The position numbers and the translations under genes are program-made. A stretch of 64,000 nucleotides of DNA from a virus (Duplodnaviria; Heunggongvirae; Uroviricota; Caudoviricetes), in IMG/VR virus record IMGVR_UViG_2585427757_000006; one strand, 5' to 3'. Below, piece after piece: positions 1 through 12,956 of the stretch. Position 1 is the stretch's first letter. Each line of letters begins with the position of its first letter. The notes below the pieces were generated by a model. That model had not been told where the DNA came from, did not search any database, and worked only from the letters and a program-made list of their open reading frames with translations.

Positions 1-57
1 TGTCAGCGGTGACGACTATGAAATATGACTGCGGAACGTGCCGCAGTCAGTTTGCAT

Positions 58-270
58 TTAGTGTATTTTCTTTAACAGACCCCAAAGTGTTCCGGCTTTT
101 GTAGTCAGTTTTCCTGTTTCTGGATCGTACATACGCCATTCACGCCGCTGGTGGACGATATACCCATCTTCACGTTCCAGACGCTCAAGAATGCCAGGCT
201 GCTTGAAACCCTTAGCACGCCAGTAGCCGCTTGTTTTCTCGATTTCCAGACCTGCCAGTGTTAATGCCAT
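58..270 (-). CDS. hypothetical protein (70 aa), last gene of a small minus-strand operon
   Basis: ORF track; start overlaps the stop of the upstream gene; stop at 58-60 followed by a 9-bp-stem hairpin at 26-49. Confidence 0.4.
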   Translation of the reverse strand: MALTLAGLEIEKTSGYWRAKGFKQPGILERLEREDGYIVHQRREWRMYDPETGKLTTKAGTLWGLLKKIH

Positions 271-605
271 TACCCAACCTCCTTGCAGTCATCGAAAAGG
301 TAGCTGTCGTTCTTCGCGTGAACGCCGTATACATCACCCGATTTGTTGTAAACGAACCTATCTTTACCTACGCCAGATAGTTCGCCGTTACGTTTAGTGA
401 GAAACGGGGAAGACAGGACGCGATCATCGCGTACCACATAAAACTGTTCGCCACGGTCCACAACCATCGCGCCGTAATTAGCTTTAACGGCGTTGCGGAT
501 CAGGCCGTTTTTCGCTTCGACCACAAACATTTCGCACTCATAGACATGTGTGTCCGCAAAGACGGGGAGAGTGAGCAGCGCCAGTACCAGGGCTGTTTTC
601 TTCAT
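270..605 (-). CDS. secreted/periplasmic protein with N-terminal signal peptide (111 aa)
   Basis: N-terminus MKKTALVLALLTLPVFA is a classic Sec signal; two Cys in mature part. Confidence 0.5.
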   Translation of the reverse strand: MKKTALVLALLTLPVFADTHVYECEMFVVEAKNGLIRNAVKANYGAMVVDRGEQFYVVRDDRVLSSPFLTKRNGELSGVGKDRFVYNKSGDVYGVHAKNDSYLFDDCKEVG

Positions 606-781
606 GCCACGACTCCTTTGAAAACGCCTAATGCTGAGTCGAAGACCAGTACTACGGCCAGCGCATTGATCATCACATCATTAACAGGCGCCAGCGCTTT
701 ACGGATTGCCCCTGTGAAGATGCAGTCGAGCACAAAGGCTATCGAGATAATAAGTAACGTGATATCTAATAAAATTTTCAC
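602..781 (-). CDS. possible small hydrophobic protein (59 aa, GTG start), below ORF-track size cutoff
   Basis: Hand-translated frame MKILLDITLLIISIAFVLDCIFTGAIRKALAPVNDVMINALAVVLVFDSALGVFKGVVA; its TGA overlaps the ATG of the downstream secreted-protein gene (ATGA). Confidence 0.25.
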   Translation of the reverse strand: MKILLDITLLIISIAFVLDCIFTGAIRKALAPVNDVMINALAVVLVFDSALGVFKGVVA

Positions 782-820
782 GATAGGTAAATGCTAACTT
801 ATATATTTTTGCTGTAAATA

Positions 821-1096
821 TCACTCAAAAGTGCTGATACCCAAAATGCGCTCAAGATGGGCCGCGTCTTCATCGCTTACCAGCATTGTGTCGTCTACGT
901 ACCAGCAGCTACCGTTGTGCCAACAAACACCGTCATCATCGATATAAATAGAATCCGCATCCATTCCTGTGTATTCAACTAGATTGCGTTCAATTGCCGC
1001 TTGAATTTCTTCATCGTTCAGCCCGTCGCACTTGATCATGAACAACGGGTAAACGTCATAGTCGGTACTAGATGAAATGCGAACCAAAGTCTTCAT
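821..1096 (-). CDS. hypothetical protein (~91 aa; start MKTLVRISS)
   Basis: AAGGAG Shine-Dalgarno 7 nt upstream of the ATG at 1096; ORF-track start at 1159 is probably too long; the recurring dyad motif sits just upstream at 1113-1130. Confidence 0.5.
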   Translation of the reverse strand: MKTLVRISSSTDYDVYPLFMIKCDGLNDEEIQAAIERNLVEYTGMDADSIYIDDDGVCWHNGSCWYVDDTMLVSDEDAAHLERILGISTFE

Positions 1097-1275
1097 GTGT
1101 TTTCTCCTTGTTGGTAAGTACTTATCTATCTTAATGGACGCTATAAGGCGCACAATCATTGTGTTCAGGCTGGTGGAAAGAACTTCTCCAGCGTGTGGTT
1201 GATAGCCTTATCAATGTGCATCAGGTGCCAGACGACCATATCTTTGCTTCCAATGCCGCGAGTGTAGATGAAGTG

Positions 1276-4994
<3,719 letters not shown>

Positions 4995-5008
4995 AATTGT
5001 AAATTCCC

Positions 5009-6172
5009 TTAATCAAAATTCTTCTGTTTCATTGCCTCAGCCGCTTTTTGCAGCGGTCCTTTCAAGGCTTTTTCTAACTTTGTCATCTGCTCTAAGTGCC
5101 ACGCAACCGCTTGGGGCCACGTCTCTTTATTAAACCCATCAGCTTTGGTCGAAAACTGAATACGGCAAGATTTCTTCTCATCCAGCCTCATCCACTCAAG
5201 TTCTGCACCAAAAGCATGTTCAATGTCCTGTTTGGACTGACTCAACAAGTCAAAAAGGTATTTATTCTCTTCGGTAACCCCACGGCTGATCCAAAGCTCT
5301 ACTCGAAGCTCTTTTTGCAGAAATATCAGGTTATACGGACACCCACTTAACCCTGAGCCTGCTGATAACCAGTGATCTTTGCTTGGGCTAATGTTGTTAT
5401 AGAGTTGGCAAACGCTTTTCTGAAACGCCTCTAAGGCACGCTCCCAGTACTCGCGACGCACCGTATGGCGGTTTTTAAGGACCACTTCGGTGGTTTTTTC
5501 TTCCGCTTCCTTGGCATTAATGCCGATCATCAACTCTTTCGCTTCTGGCGTTGGAATGATCTGGTCAATATTAATCAGTAGCTGTTCACCCAGTGAATAA
5601 GGCGTGATTTTGAAGCAGGCAATGCTAATGCCTTGACCCAATAACCACAGCGCGGTGCTGGTCACTTCTTTGCGAAAGTTTGCCGCAACTAGCATAATAC
5701 GCTGGCTGTTACCCAGGTTGAGCTTTAACTCATCCAGATCGGGCGCATCCAAAAATTCACATATTCTCGCCGAAGCACTTGCAGGGGCATTTAACAGGTC
5801 AACCTCTGCTGTTACAGGCTCATAGCGATCTAAGTACTGCTGGTAAATGTCAACTATTTGTGCTTTGGTTAAACTGGCACAGTAAGAGGCATATTTAAGG
5901 GCCTGCCACACCACATCTCGGCCACTGTCGTCCAGCTTATTTTCAATAATGACCAAGTTGCCATCTTTATCCAGTGCCAGTAAATCTAATCGTTCACGGG
6001 TGTCATCAAAGCCATCGAACTCTTTTTGAATAATCAACAACTCTTCACCCAATGCGGAAGGTTCGTGTGCCAACCACTCCTGAAGATGCTTGCGCTCAGT
6101 AAAGCCCAACTCACTGAACTTCTTTGTCCTAACAGGACTAATCCTGTTAGTTTGATGATTTACCGTGAACAT
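5009..6172 (-). CDS. uncharacterised 387-aa protein embedded in the hsd operon; N-terminal PD-(D/E)xK-like nuclease motif
   Basis: Tightly packed between hsdS stop (6182) and hsdR start (4994); motif RLDLLALDKDGNLVIIENKLD resembles a D..E-x-K nuclease core; no Walker A. Confidence 0.5.
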   Translation of the reverse strand: MFTVNHQTNRISPVRTKKFSELGFTERKHLQEWLAHEPSALGEELLIIQKEFDGFDDTRERLDLLALDKDGNLVIIENKLDDSGRDVVWQALKYASYCASLTKAQIVDIYQQYLDRYEPVTAEVDLLNAPASASARICEFLDAPDLDELKLNLGNSQRIMLVAANFRKEVTSTALWLLGQGISIACFKITPYSLGEQLLINIDQIIPTPEAKELMIGINAKEAEEKTTEVVLKNRHTVRREYWERALEAFQKSVCQLYNNISPSKDHWLSAGSGLSGCPYNLIFLQKELRVELWISRGVTEENKYLFDLLSQSKQDIEHAFGAELEWMRLDEKKSCRIQFSTKADGFNKETWPQAVAWHLEQMTKLEKALKGPLQKAAEAMKQKNFD

Positions 6173-6181
6173 ATTCGCGTC

Positions 6182-7462
6182 CTATTGCTCAACCATTTCT
6201 GGGGTGATTTTTATTTTTCCTGTCACGGCGCTGTTGATCAGGGTGGTTTTGTATTCTTTAAGCTTTTCAATCTGCGACTTTTGGATATCAATCGTGCGAT
6301 TCAGATCTGGCTCAATTCCTTCAATGAACGAAATTATTTCTTGAATTTCATCTTTTGGTGGCACTGGAACCAATACACTTGCAAGACGATCCCTTGTTAA
6401 TTTTGGCTGTGCCGCACCAGAAATATATACCGTATAGTCCAATCCGCTTAATAATTCGGCCCAGTATTTAAAACCATGAAATTTTGGCTTAATAATATGT
6501 GCATGGTTATTCACCCAATACTTTCCAGTTGCAACAAAAGCCAATGGTGTTGACTTGCTTAGCAAATTCGCGCCATCTTCAGCGATCAAGATTAAATCTT
6601 CATCAAAGATGTAGTCATCAACATAATCGATAACACCACTTGCTCCGTAATACGGATATACGCCCTGTCTCGACTCTCTCTCAACTGCGCTTATTGGAAC
6701 TCTTCTACTGTTAAGAAACTCAAACGCATATCTCAATGACATTAAGTTCCAATGCGCTGGAATCTTACCAATCCAATCCACACCGGAGTCTTTCATTGGC
6801 ACATTGGGATCAAGCCCTTGGGTCACCGCCTGTTGGATGATGATCTGCTTACGCTCTTTCAGCAGGCTAATTTGCTGCTCTTTGATCGAAATCGCTTCGT
6901 CGATTAGAGCGGTTTTCTTGTCGAGAAAATTTGCAATTAGGGACTGCTCTTCTTCTGAAGGCAGAACAAAAGGAATCACCTTCATCCGTGCTTTTGAAAG
7001 GTCCCACTGACCAATCCTTACACCATCTGATGCACTACCAAAAAACGATACATATAACTTACTGCGTATCGCCCAATTGAAAAACTCAGGATTTATTGCC
7101 TTTGTAAAATCAAAAATAAAATACGCAGGACTTACAATTCCAGTGAACTTTGATACACCGTAAGAACCCTGCCACGCTTTCATTTTATTCATTCCAAATT
7201 GACCTTTCTCAAGCTTTTTATAGCCGCTAAGATCATCTGGTATAAAATTGTGATTTGACTCTTGATTATCCACGTCTCTCTCGATAACACCTTGTTCGCG
7301 TGTTATCGAAAGTAGTGGCAATTCAGGGCAGTTTTTGACCGACACCGGAGATAGGCACGAGCCTAACTTAACCAAGTCCCAATGCTCTGGAATCTCGCCA
7401 ATCCACTCATAACCAGAGTCACTATATTGATCATACTTTAGCGTTGAGGTAATGCTTTCCAT
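6182..7462 (-). CDS. hsdS: type I restriction-modification specificity subunit (426 aa, two target-recognition domains)
   Basis: Size and bipartite architecture; position between hsdM and hsdR; start overlaps hsdM stop. Confidence 0.85.
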   Translation of the reverse strand: MESITSTLKYDQYSDSGYEWIGEIPEHWDLVKLGSCLSPVSVKNCPELPLLSITREQGVIERDVDNQESNHNFIPDDLSGYKKLEKGQFGMNKMKAWQGSYGVSKFTGIVSPAYFIFDFTKAINPEFFNWAIRSKLYVSFFGSASDGVRIGQWDLSKARMKVIPFVLPSEEEQSLIANFLDKKTALIDEAISIKEQQISLLKERKQIIIQQAVTQGLDPNVPMKDSGVDWIGKIPAHWNLMSLRYAFEFLNSRRVPISAVERESRQGVYPYYGASGVIDYVDDYIFDEDLILIAEDGANLLSKSTPLAFVATGKYWVNNHAHIIKPKFHGFKYWAELLSGLDYTVYISGAAQPKLTRDRLASVLVPVPPKDEIQEIISFIEGIEPDLNRTIDIQKSQIEKLKEYKTTLINSAVTGKIKITPEMVEQ

Positions 7463-9891
7463 TAGGCTTCTCCCTGAACTTCCGCCACTTTCACGCCTAA
7501 TATTTGTGCAATCAAACCATCAGCCTTCTGCTCTAGATTGATAATGTCAGTTGCTACTTCTTCAAGACTACGTAATGGCTTATGCAGATAGAAATACTTA
7601 TTGAAGCTGATTTCATAGCCAATTTTTACCGTATCTAGGTTTATCCATGCTTCATCGACATGAGGCTTCACTTCATCTAGGAAGTACTGGTAAATGCTTT
7701 GCTTTAATGGAACAGATTCTGTATCTCGCAGGTCTGAATTGGTCTCGTAAGTGATATACTCGCCTTTTTTACCGCCTTCTGCTGAAGGAACGGGGTAATA
7801 ACCAAAATCTGGCAAGTCAGCGACTTCACACTCATAGCGCTCCAGCAGGTCGTTTAATTTATCACCCGTTAATTTAACTACCTTTTTAACCACTTTCTTG
7901 GCGGTTTCGTCATACCAGCTCACCGCGTGAAGAATGGCATTTTTCTCAGGTGCTGAAAGCTTAATAGCATGGGCTTTTAGCGATTTATCAACTTGGGTTT
8001 TAAAGCTATTGAAGTCATCAAATTCAATGCTACCGATGTCAGCCATCAGCGTTTGTGCAGTTTCAAGCAATGCTTTTAGCGCCAGCCAGTGTTTCACATC
8101 AAGCAGTTTGGCCTTAGCCTTAGCATTGAGACTGATGTCGTTATCTTCACACCAAGAAAGAATGTCTTTCTCGATGGATTTTAAGAAGCTCTTTTTCTGA
8201 TCTGACCCGTAGCCAGTTTTTTCGTAAACACGTTCGCCGTGCTCTGCGTACACGTACTCCATCACTTCACTAAGTTGCTTATCAAAACGCAGTGGGGCTA
8301 TGGCATCTTGAGTAAACTTGGCTTTGCGGCGATCTGGGCGCTCGATAGTGACTTTGTAGTAGCCAAAATCGTCATTGCTGAATACCTTACTGGCGATGCC
8401 AACAGGATCATTGTTTGCATCCAGTGCTCTTTCAACATCCTTACACGCGAGGTAAGTATCGGTAATTTCCGTGATGTGCTCAGGCGCAAATTCGCAGTTT
8501 TTGTTACCTAAGTTCTTGCGCAACTTACGGTAGAGCAAGCTGGCATCAATTAATTGCACCTTACCTTTACGCGCCTCAGGTTTATTGTTGCTCAACACCC
8601 AAATGTAAGTGGTAATGCCAGTGTTATAGAACAGGTTATTAGGTAACTGAACGATGGCATCTAGCATGTCGTTTTCAATGATGAAGCGACGAATATTACT
8701 TTCACCACCGCCCGCATCTCCGGTAAAGAGCGATGAGCCGTTATGAACAGAGGCAATCCGGCTGCCTAATGGACTTACGCTCGGATCTTTCATCTTGTTG
8801 ACCATCTCCATTAAGAAAAGCAGCTGGCCATCACTCGAACGTGGCGTGGCATCCACCACTTCGAGATTTCCCCAATAGTCTTTCAGGCTAACCTTAAAAC
8901 GCGGGTCAATCACATCACTGCCGTCTTTAATGTACTTCTGTTCAGACGCCCAACTCTTACCGTATGGCGGGGTAGACAACATAAAGTCAAAGCGTGAAGC
9001 CGCAAACTCGTCGGTAGACAAGGTTGAGCCTACCTTGATGTTCTCAGGGTTGTTACCTTTGATCATCATGTCCGATTTACAAATCGCGTAGGTCTCGTCA
9101 TTGATCTCTTTGCCGTAAAGGTAAATATCTCGGCTGTCGTTCGGGTATTTCTCTTCAATGAAGTTTTGAGATTCAGTGAGCATACCACCGCTACCACACG
9201 CAGGGTCGTAAACGGTCATGGTCAATGGTAGCTGCTCTTTCACTGGGTCAAAAACCAAGTGTGTCATCAGCTCAATCACTTCCCTAGGTGTAAAGTGCTC
9301 ACCGGCTTCTTCGTTATTCTCCTCGTTGAACTTACGGATCAACTCTTCGAACACGTACCCCATACCCAGGTTAGTAAGGGCTGGCATCTTGTTGCCATCT
9401 GGGTCTTCGATCGTTTCATGAGTTAAGTTGATGTAAGGGGAAACAAACTTTTCGACGACATCAAGAAGGACTTGCTTTGAGGCCATGTGACGAATTTGCG
9501 ACTTGAGGTTAAAGCATTCAATGATTTCTTTAACATTATCGCTAAAGCTAAGCAGGTACTCTTCAAAGTTGGCGAGTAATATCTGTTGGTTATTCGTTGC
9601 GGTGTTGAACAGGGATTTCAGGGTCCATTTAGATGTATTGTAAAAAACATAACCACTAGCCGCCTTCAATGGTTCATCATCAAGCTCCGTGGCTTGCATC
9701 TCTTCTTTTTGGAACTTGACCTCTTCAAGCACGGCTTCTTTGGTGGGTTCAAGTAACGTATCTAAACGTCGTAATACCACCATAGGTAAAATCACATCGC
9801 GGTACTTACCGCGAACGTACACATCACGTAAACAGTCGTCGGCAATGTTCCATATAAATGAGATGAGCTTGTTATGTACACTATGATCCAT
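7462..9891 (-). CDS. hsdM: type I restriction-modification N6-adenine DNA methyltransferase, long form (~809 aa)
   Basis: HsdM N-terminal motif FIWNIADDCLRDVY; SAM motif VYDPACGSGGML; catalytic FDFMLSTPPYG; likely start MDHSV at 9891 (ORF-track start at 9927 is a TTG). Confidence 0.9.
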   Translation of the reverse strand: MDHSVHNKLISFIWNIADDCLRDVYVRGKYRDVILPMVVLRRLDTLLEPTKEAVLEEVKFQKEEMQATELDDEPLKAASGYVFYNTSKWTLKSLFNTATNNQQILLANFEEYLLSFSDNVKEIIECFNLKSQIRHMASKQVLLDVVEKFVSPYINLTHETIEDPDGNKMPALTNLGMGYVFEELIRKFNEENNEEAGEHFTPREVIELMTHLVFDPVKEQLPLTMTVYDPACGSGGMLTESQNFIEEKYPNDSRDIYLYGKEINDETYAICKSDMMIKGNNPENIKVGSTLSTDEFAASRFDFMLSTPPYGKSWASEQKYIKDGSDVIDPRFKVSLKDYWGNLEVVDATPRSSDGQLLFLMEMVNKMKDPSVSPLGSRIASVHNGSSLFTGDAGGGESNIRRFIIENDMLDAIVQLPNNLFYNTGITTYIWVLSNNKPEARKGKVQLIDASLLYRKLRKNLGNKNCEFAPEHITEITDTYLACKDVERALDANNDPVGIASKVFSNDDFGYYKVTIERPDRRKAKFTQDAIAPLRFDKQLSEVMEYVYAEHGERVYEKTGYGSDQKKSFLKSIEKDILSWCEDNDISLNAKAKAKLLDVKHWLALKALLETAQTLMADIGSIEFDDFNSFKTQVDKSLKAHAIKLSAPEKNAILHAVSWYDETAKKVVKKVVKLTGDKLNDLLERYECEVADLPDFGYYPVPSAEGGKKGEYITYETNSDLRDTESVPLKQSIYQYFLDEVKPHVDEAWINLDTVKIGYEISFNKYFYLHKPLRSLEEVATDIINLEQKADGLIAQILGVKVAEVQGEA

Positions 9892-10051
9892 TTTCTTTTC
9901 CTGTTCAGTGTTGGTTGCACCCCACAAAGTTGCTGCAACGGCTTCACTATAAATTTAAAATTCTGTTCTTTCTGTAACGCCTAAATGGCCTCTACATCGT
10001 TCGATTAACTTGTTCTACCCGGCGCTAGATTTAAGTTTATGACACCATAAA

Positions 10052-10100
10052 GTGAATCGCCACAGGTTTAATAGACTGAATCGCCACAGGTTTAACAGAC
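10052..10100. repeat. tandem direct repeat, 2 x ~24 bp (TGAATCGCCACAGGTTTAAYAGAC)
   Basis: Two adjacent near-identical copies in the intergenic region between the lipoprotein gene stop (10124) and hsdM start. Confidence 0.8.
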
Positions 10101-10123
10101 ACCTCAGAGTCATTTAAGATGAC

Positions 10124-10315
10124 TTAAAGAGAGGTGTACAGCTCGGTATTCAGACCAGTCCACTGACGGCCAACGCCGACAACTTCACCGATACCTTTGT
10201 CTTCACCCAATTTGTTTACTTTGATGCCAACGTACCCAGGCTCAACACGATCGCAGCCTGTAAGACCCATTGTGCAAACAGCAGCCACGATCACTGCCAG
10301 TAAACCTTTCTTCAT
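10124..10315 (-). CDS. small lipoprotein (63 aa)
   Basis: Signal peptide with lipobox LTGC (MKKGLLAVIVAAVCTMGLTGC). Confidence 0.5.
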   Translation of the reverse strand: MKKGLLAVIVAAVCTMGLTGCDRVEPGYVGIKVNKLGEDKGIGEVVGVGRQWTGLNTELYTSL

Positions 10316-10318
10316 TAC

Positions 10319-10519
10319 TTACTTCCCCTTCGAATTAATTAGTGACTTCAGAAAGTTACGACCAACATTAAAGCCGATAACAGGAGCGCCAAAAGCAACA
10401 ATGATTCCAAGCATTACGGCAATATCGCTTTTAGCCGAGATCAGCGACGGAACCAGCAAACAGTAGATGAAAACTACAGATATACCTGTAGCCACTGCCA
10501 TCAGATAGAGTTTGATCAT
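10319..10519 (-). CDS. small membrane protein (66 aa, two predicted TM helices)
   Basis: Hydrophobic segments LMAVATGISVVFIYCLLV and VMLGIIVAFGAPVIGF. Confidence 0.45.
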   Translation of the reverse strand: MIKLYLMAVATGISVVFIYCLLVPSLISAKSDIAVMLGIIVAFGAPVIGFNVGRNFLKSLINSKGK

Positions 10520-10609
10520 GTGTTTTCCTATGTGGCTATTGTGTGTAGATGGTGAGTAAGTGTTTATATATTTTCAAGGTATAAAGGCGTCCATTCGGAC
10601 GCCTGAAAA

Positions 10610-11683
10610 TTAATCTTCTAATTCATCTGTCGGTGATGTCTTCTCGCGCCTGTCATCTATTGCCTGTAACGCAGCAATGATTTCAGCTAATGGCTTCTCC
10701 CGGTACATCTCGACGATCTGTGATTTGGTGTATTTCTTCTCGCCAATTTCCACACGCCCGCTGGCGCTCTTGGGCAGGTATCCTTCCTCCAGCATGTATT
10801 CAACCAGAGACTCGACGACGTCCAGCCCGCGAGTCGGGTCGAAGTAGAATTTCCATGAGCATTTGCCAAACGGAGGCGCGACTTTGTTTTTAATGCACTC
10901 GGCGCCAACGTCCTGTCCGATCTTCTCTTTGCCATCCTTCATGACGGATGCACCCAGACGGATGCGCACCGACGCGTAGAACTTCGGAGAGTCGCCACCC
11001 GGAGACGTAGTCGGATCGCCAAACATCACACCAATTTTGGTACGCACCTGGTTCAAGAAGATGATGCACGCGTTGTACTTACGCGCCCAAAGCGCCAGAG
11101 TAGGGAAGTTCGCACTTGTCGCGCGCGCCAGCGCCGTGTTGTCGTTCATGTTCAGCTGATCTTTGTCTTTCGCAGTGCCTTCTGCCATCTTGTCGAACTT
11201 CTCAGCCTTCGAGTTCGGAACCATCGACGCCAGAGAGTCGGCTACGATGCAGATAGGGGCTGTTTCCGGAATAAGCTCTTCGTCGCGCACCAGCTTGAGG
11301 ATTGTGCCGATCAGCTCTACGGAGTCTTCGAAGGTATCCGGCTGTTTGTAGACCCACTGACCGTCATCCTCATCTGCGTTCAGGCCATTGGCTACAGCCA
11401 GGCCAACGTCAAAACTGTTTTCATGATCGAGGAATACCGCCAGACCATCTTGTTTTTGAGCGGAGATCATCGCTGCTGTTGCAAGGAACGTTTTCCCTGC
11501 ACTTGGAGGACCGAATACTTCGACGATACGACCACATGGGAAGCCGCCATCGTAACGACCAGAAATAGCTTTGTTTAACGGTGGAAAGCCTGTATCAATC
11601 CAATGAGTTACTTTCTGAATTTCGTCGTTGCTACCGATTTTCTTTTTCAGAGCAAGTGCCAGTGCGGATTTTCCTTTTGCCAT
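10610..11683 (-). CDS. RecA/UvsX-family recombinase
   Basis: RecA-like Walker A GPPSAGKTFLA and RecA-type N-terminal region FPPLNKAISG...GRIVEVFGP. Confidence 0.8.
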   Translation of the reverse strand: MAKGKSALALALKKKIGSNDEIQKVTHWIDTGFPPLNKAISGRYDGGFPCGRIVEVFGPPSAGKTFLATAAMISAQKQDGLAVFLDHENSFDVGLAVANGLNADEDDGQWVYKQPDTFEDSVELIGTILKLVRDEELIPETAPICIVADSLASMVPNSKAEKFDKMAEGTAKDKDQLNMNDNTALARATSANFPTLALWARKYNACIIFLNQVRTKIGVMFGDPTTSPGGDSPKFYASVRIRLGASVMKDGKEKIGQDVGAECIKNKVAPPFGKCSWKFYFDPTRGLDVVESLVEYMLEEGYLPKSASGRVEIGEKKYTKSQIVEMYREKPLAEIIAALQAIDDRREKTSPTDELED

Positions 11684-11685
11684 GA

Positions 11686-11958
11686 TCAGGCTCCTTTTGT
11701 TTCGTTGATTCGTTTTAAAGCGGCGGATTCGTCGAATACAATCGCATCGTGGTTAAGGAGTCTGGATACACGAGCGAGGATTTTTACGACCTGCTCGCTG
11801 ACTAATCCAAACTCGCGATCTGTCGCTTTCATTCCGGCAGCGCCTAGAATTGACGGCAGTGCGATGACAGCGTACTCACCGTGATAAAAGACAATCTCTT
11901 TTGCCAGTTGGGCAGGGGTGGTTGTAGCGCCATTGATAATCGATTTAAGCATTAGCAA
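11686..11958 (-). CDS. hypothetical protein (90 aa)
   Basis: ORF track; packed between recombinase and exonuclease genes. Confidence 0.4.
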   Translation of the reverse strand: MLMLKSIINGATTTPAQLAKEIVFYHGEYAVIALPSILGAAGMKATDREFGLVSEQVVKILARVSRLLNHDAIVFDESAALKRINETKGA

Positions 11959-12947
11959 TACCTTTCGAATGGAAGAACAAACACTTCAAGGTCTTCAAGG
12001 AACGAACGGAAATTCAGCTCGTAGCACAGTTGCTCGAATGCTTTCACGTCACGATTGCCTTTGATTGTTTCGATTTCGGTAGGCGGAAACTTCGTCTCAA
12101 TCAGGTTCATTAGCGTGATGTTTCTCTTGAACGCTTCGAGCATTCGACAGCCTGTTTTCTCGTTGAAGGCATTCTTCGCTAGTTTGTTGAAGGCGGTCTT
12201 ATGGCGTCCTTTGTCAACCACGATTGAGCCGTCGTTGATGCCGCGTACCATCGTTGCGACACTTCCCCATTCATGCAGCAGCTCTTTCGCACCGCCAGCA
12301 CCAATGCCACCAACACCGCTAATGTTGTCCGATTTATCGCCTTGTAATGCTTTTGCTTCCAAAAATGCGCGAGGAGTAGCGAATCCTGTCAGCTCCGCAA
12401 ATTGCTCAAAATTAACCTGCTTGTTTTTGGCGTCTTCGCGCAGGCTTACCCAGCTTACGTTTTCGCGAACTAACTGAAGCCAGTCGCTATCGCCTGTTAA
12501 CAGATAGATGTGTTCAACGATTGGCTGCGGTGCAATGCTGGCTACCAGCAGCCCGGCCAGATCATCCGCTTCTGCATCTTTTGCAATGAGTTGGGTAACT
12601 CCAAGCGCGGTCATCATTTTGAGGATGTATGGCTTCTGGATAGCAAAGCCTTCCTTCATCTTTTTCATATCAGGATCGTCGTCGCGATTTGCTTTGTAGT
12701 CCGGGTAAAAGTCGCGACGCTTGTCACTAAATCCATCCCAAAGAATCATAGGTCGGGCATGGAGGATGGAGGCATAACGACGGACGTTCTTAACAAAGCC
12801 GAAAGCAGCCTGTACTTCCATTTCGCCGTTGTGCAATTTGTCAGATTGTTGGTGGTAATAACCCAGGCTATTGCCATCTACGAAGAGATAATTCACCGGT
12901 ACATTCCTTCCAAAAAGTAAGGCGTCCGTAGACGCCTTACTGGTCAC
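11952..12947 (-). CDS. 5'-3' exonuclease / flap endonuclease (T4 RNase H / T5 D15-like)
   Basis: LFVDGNSLGYY, GDSDWLQL and helix-hairpin-helix GDKSDNISGVGGIGAGGA motifs. Confidence 0.85.
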   Translation of the reverse strand: MTSKASTDALLFGRNVPVNYLFVDGNSLGYYHQQSDKLHNGEMEVQAAFGFVKNVRRYASILHARPMILWDGFSDKRRDFYPDYKANRDDDPDMKKMKEGFAIQKPYILKMMTALGVTQLIAKDAEADDLAGLLVASIAPQPIVEHIYLLTGDSDWLQLVRENVSWVSLREDAKNKQVNFEQFAELTGFATPRAFLEAKALQGDKSDNISGVGGIGAGGAKELLHEWGSVATMVRGINDGSIVVDKGRHKTAFNKLAKNAFNEKTGCRMLEAFKRNITLMNLIETKFPPTEIETIKGNRDVKAFEQLCYELNFRSFLEDLEVFVLPFERYC

Positions 12948-12956
12948 GTAATGGGA

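Noticed and set aside
5009-6172. Possibility that the gene embedded in the hsd operon is a PrrC/RloC-type anticodon nuclease
   Set aside because: No Walker A/ABC-ATPase motif anywhere in the 387 residues
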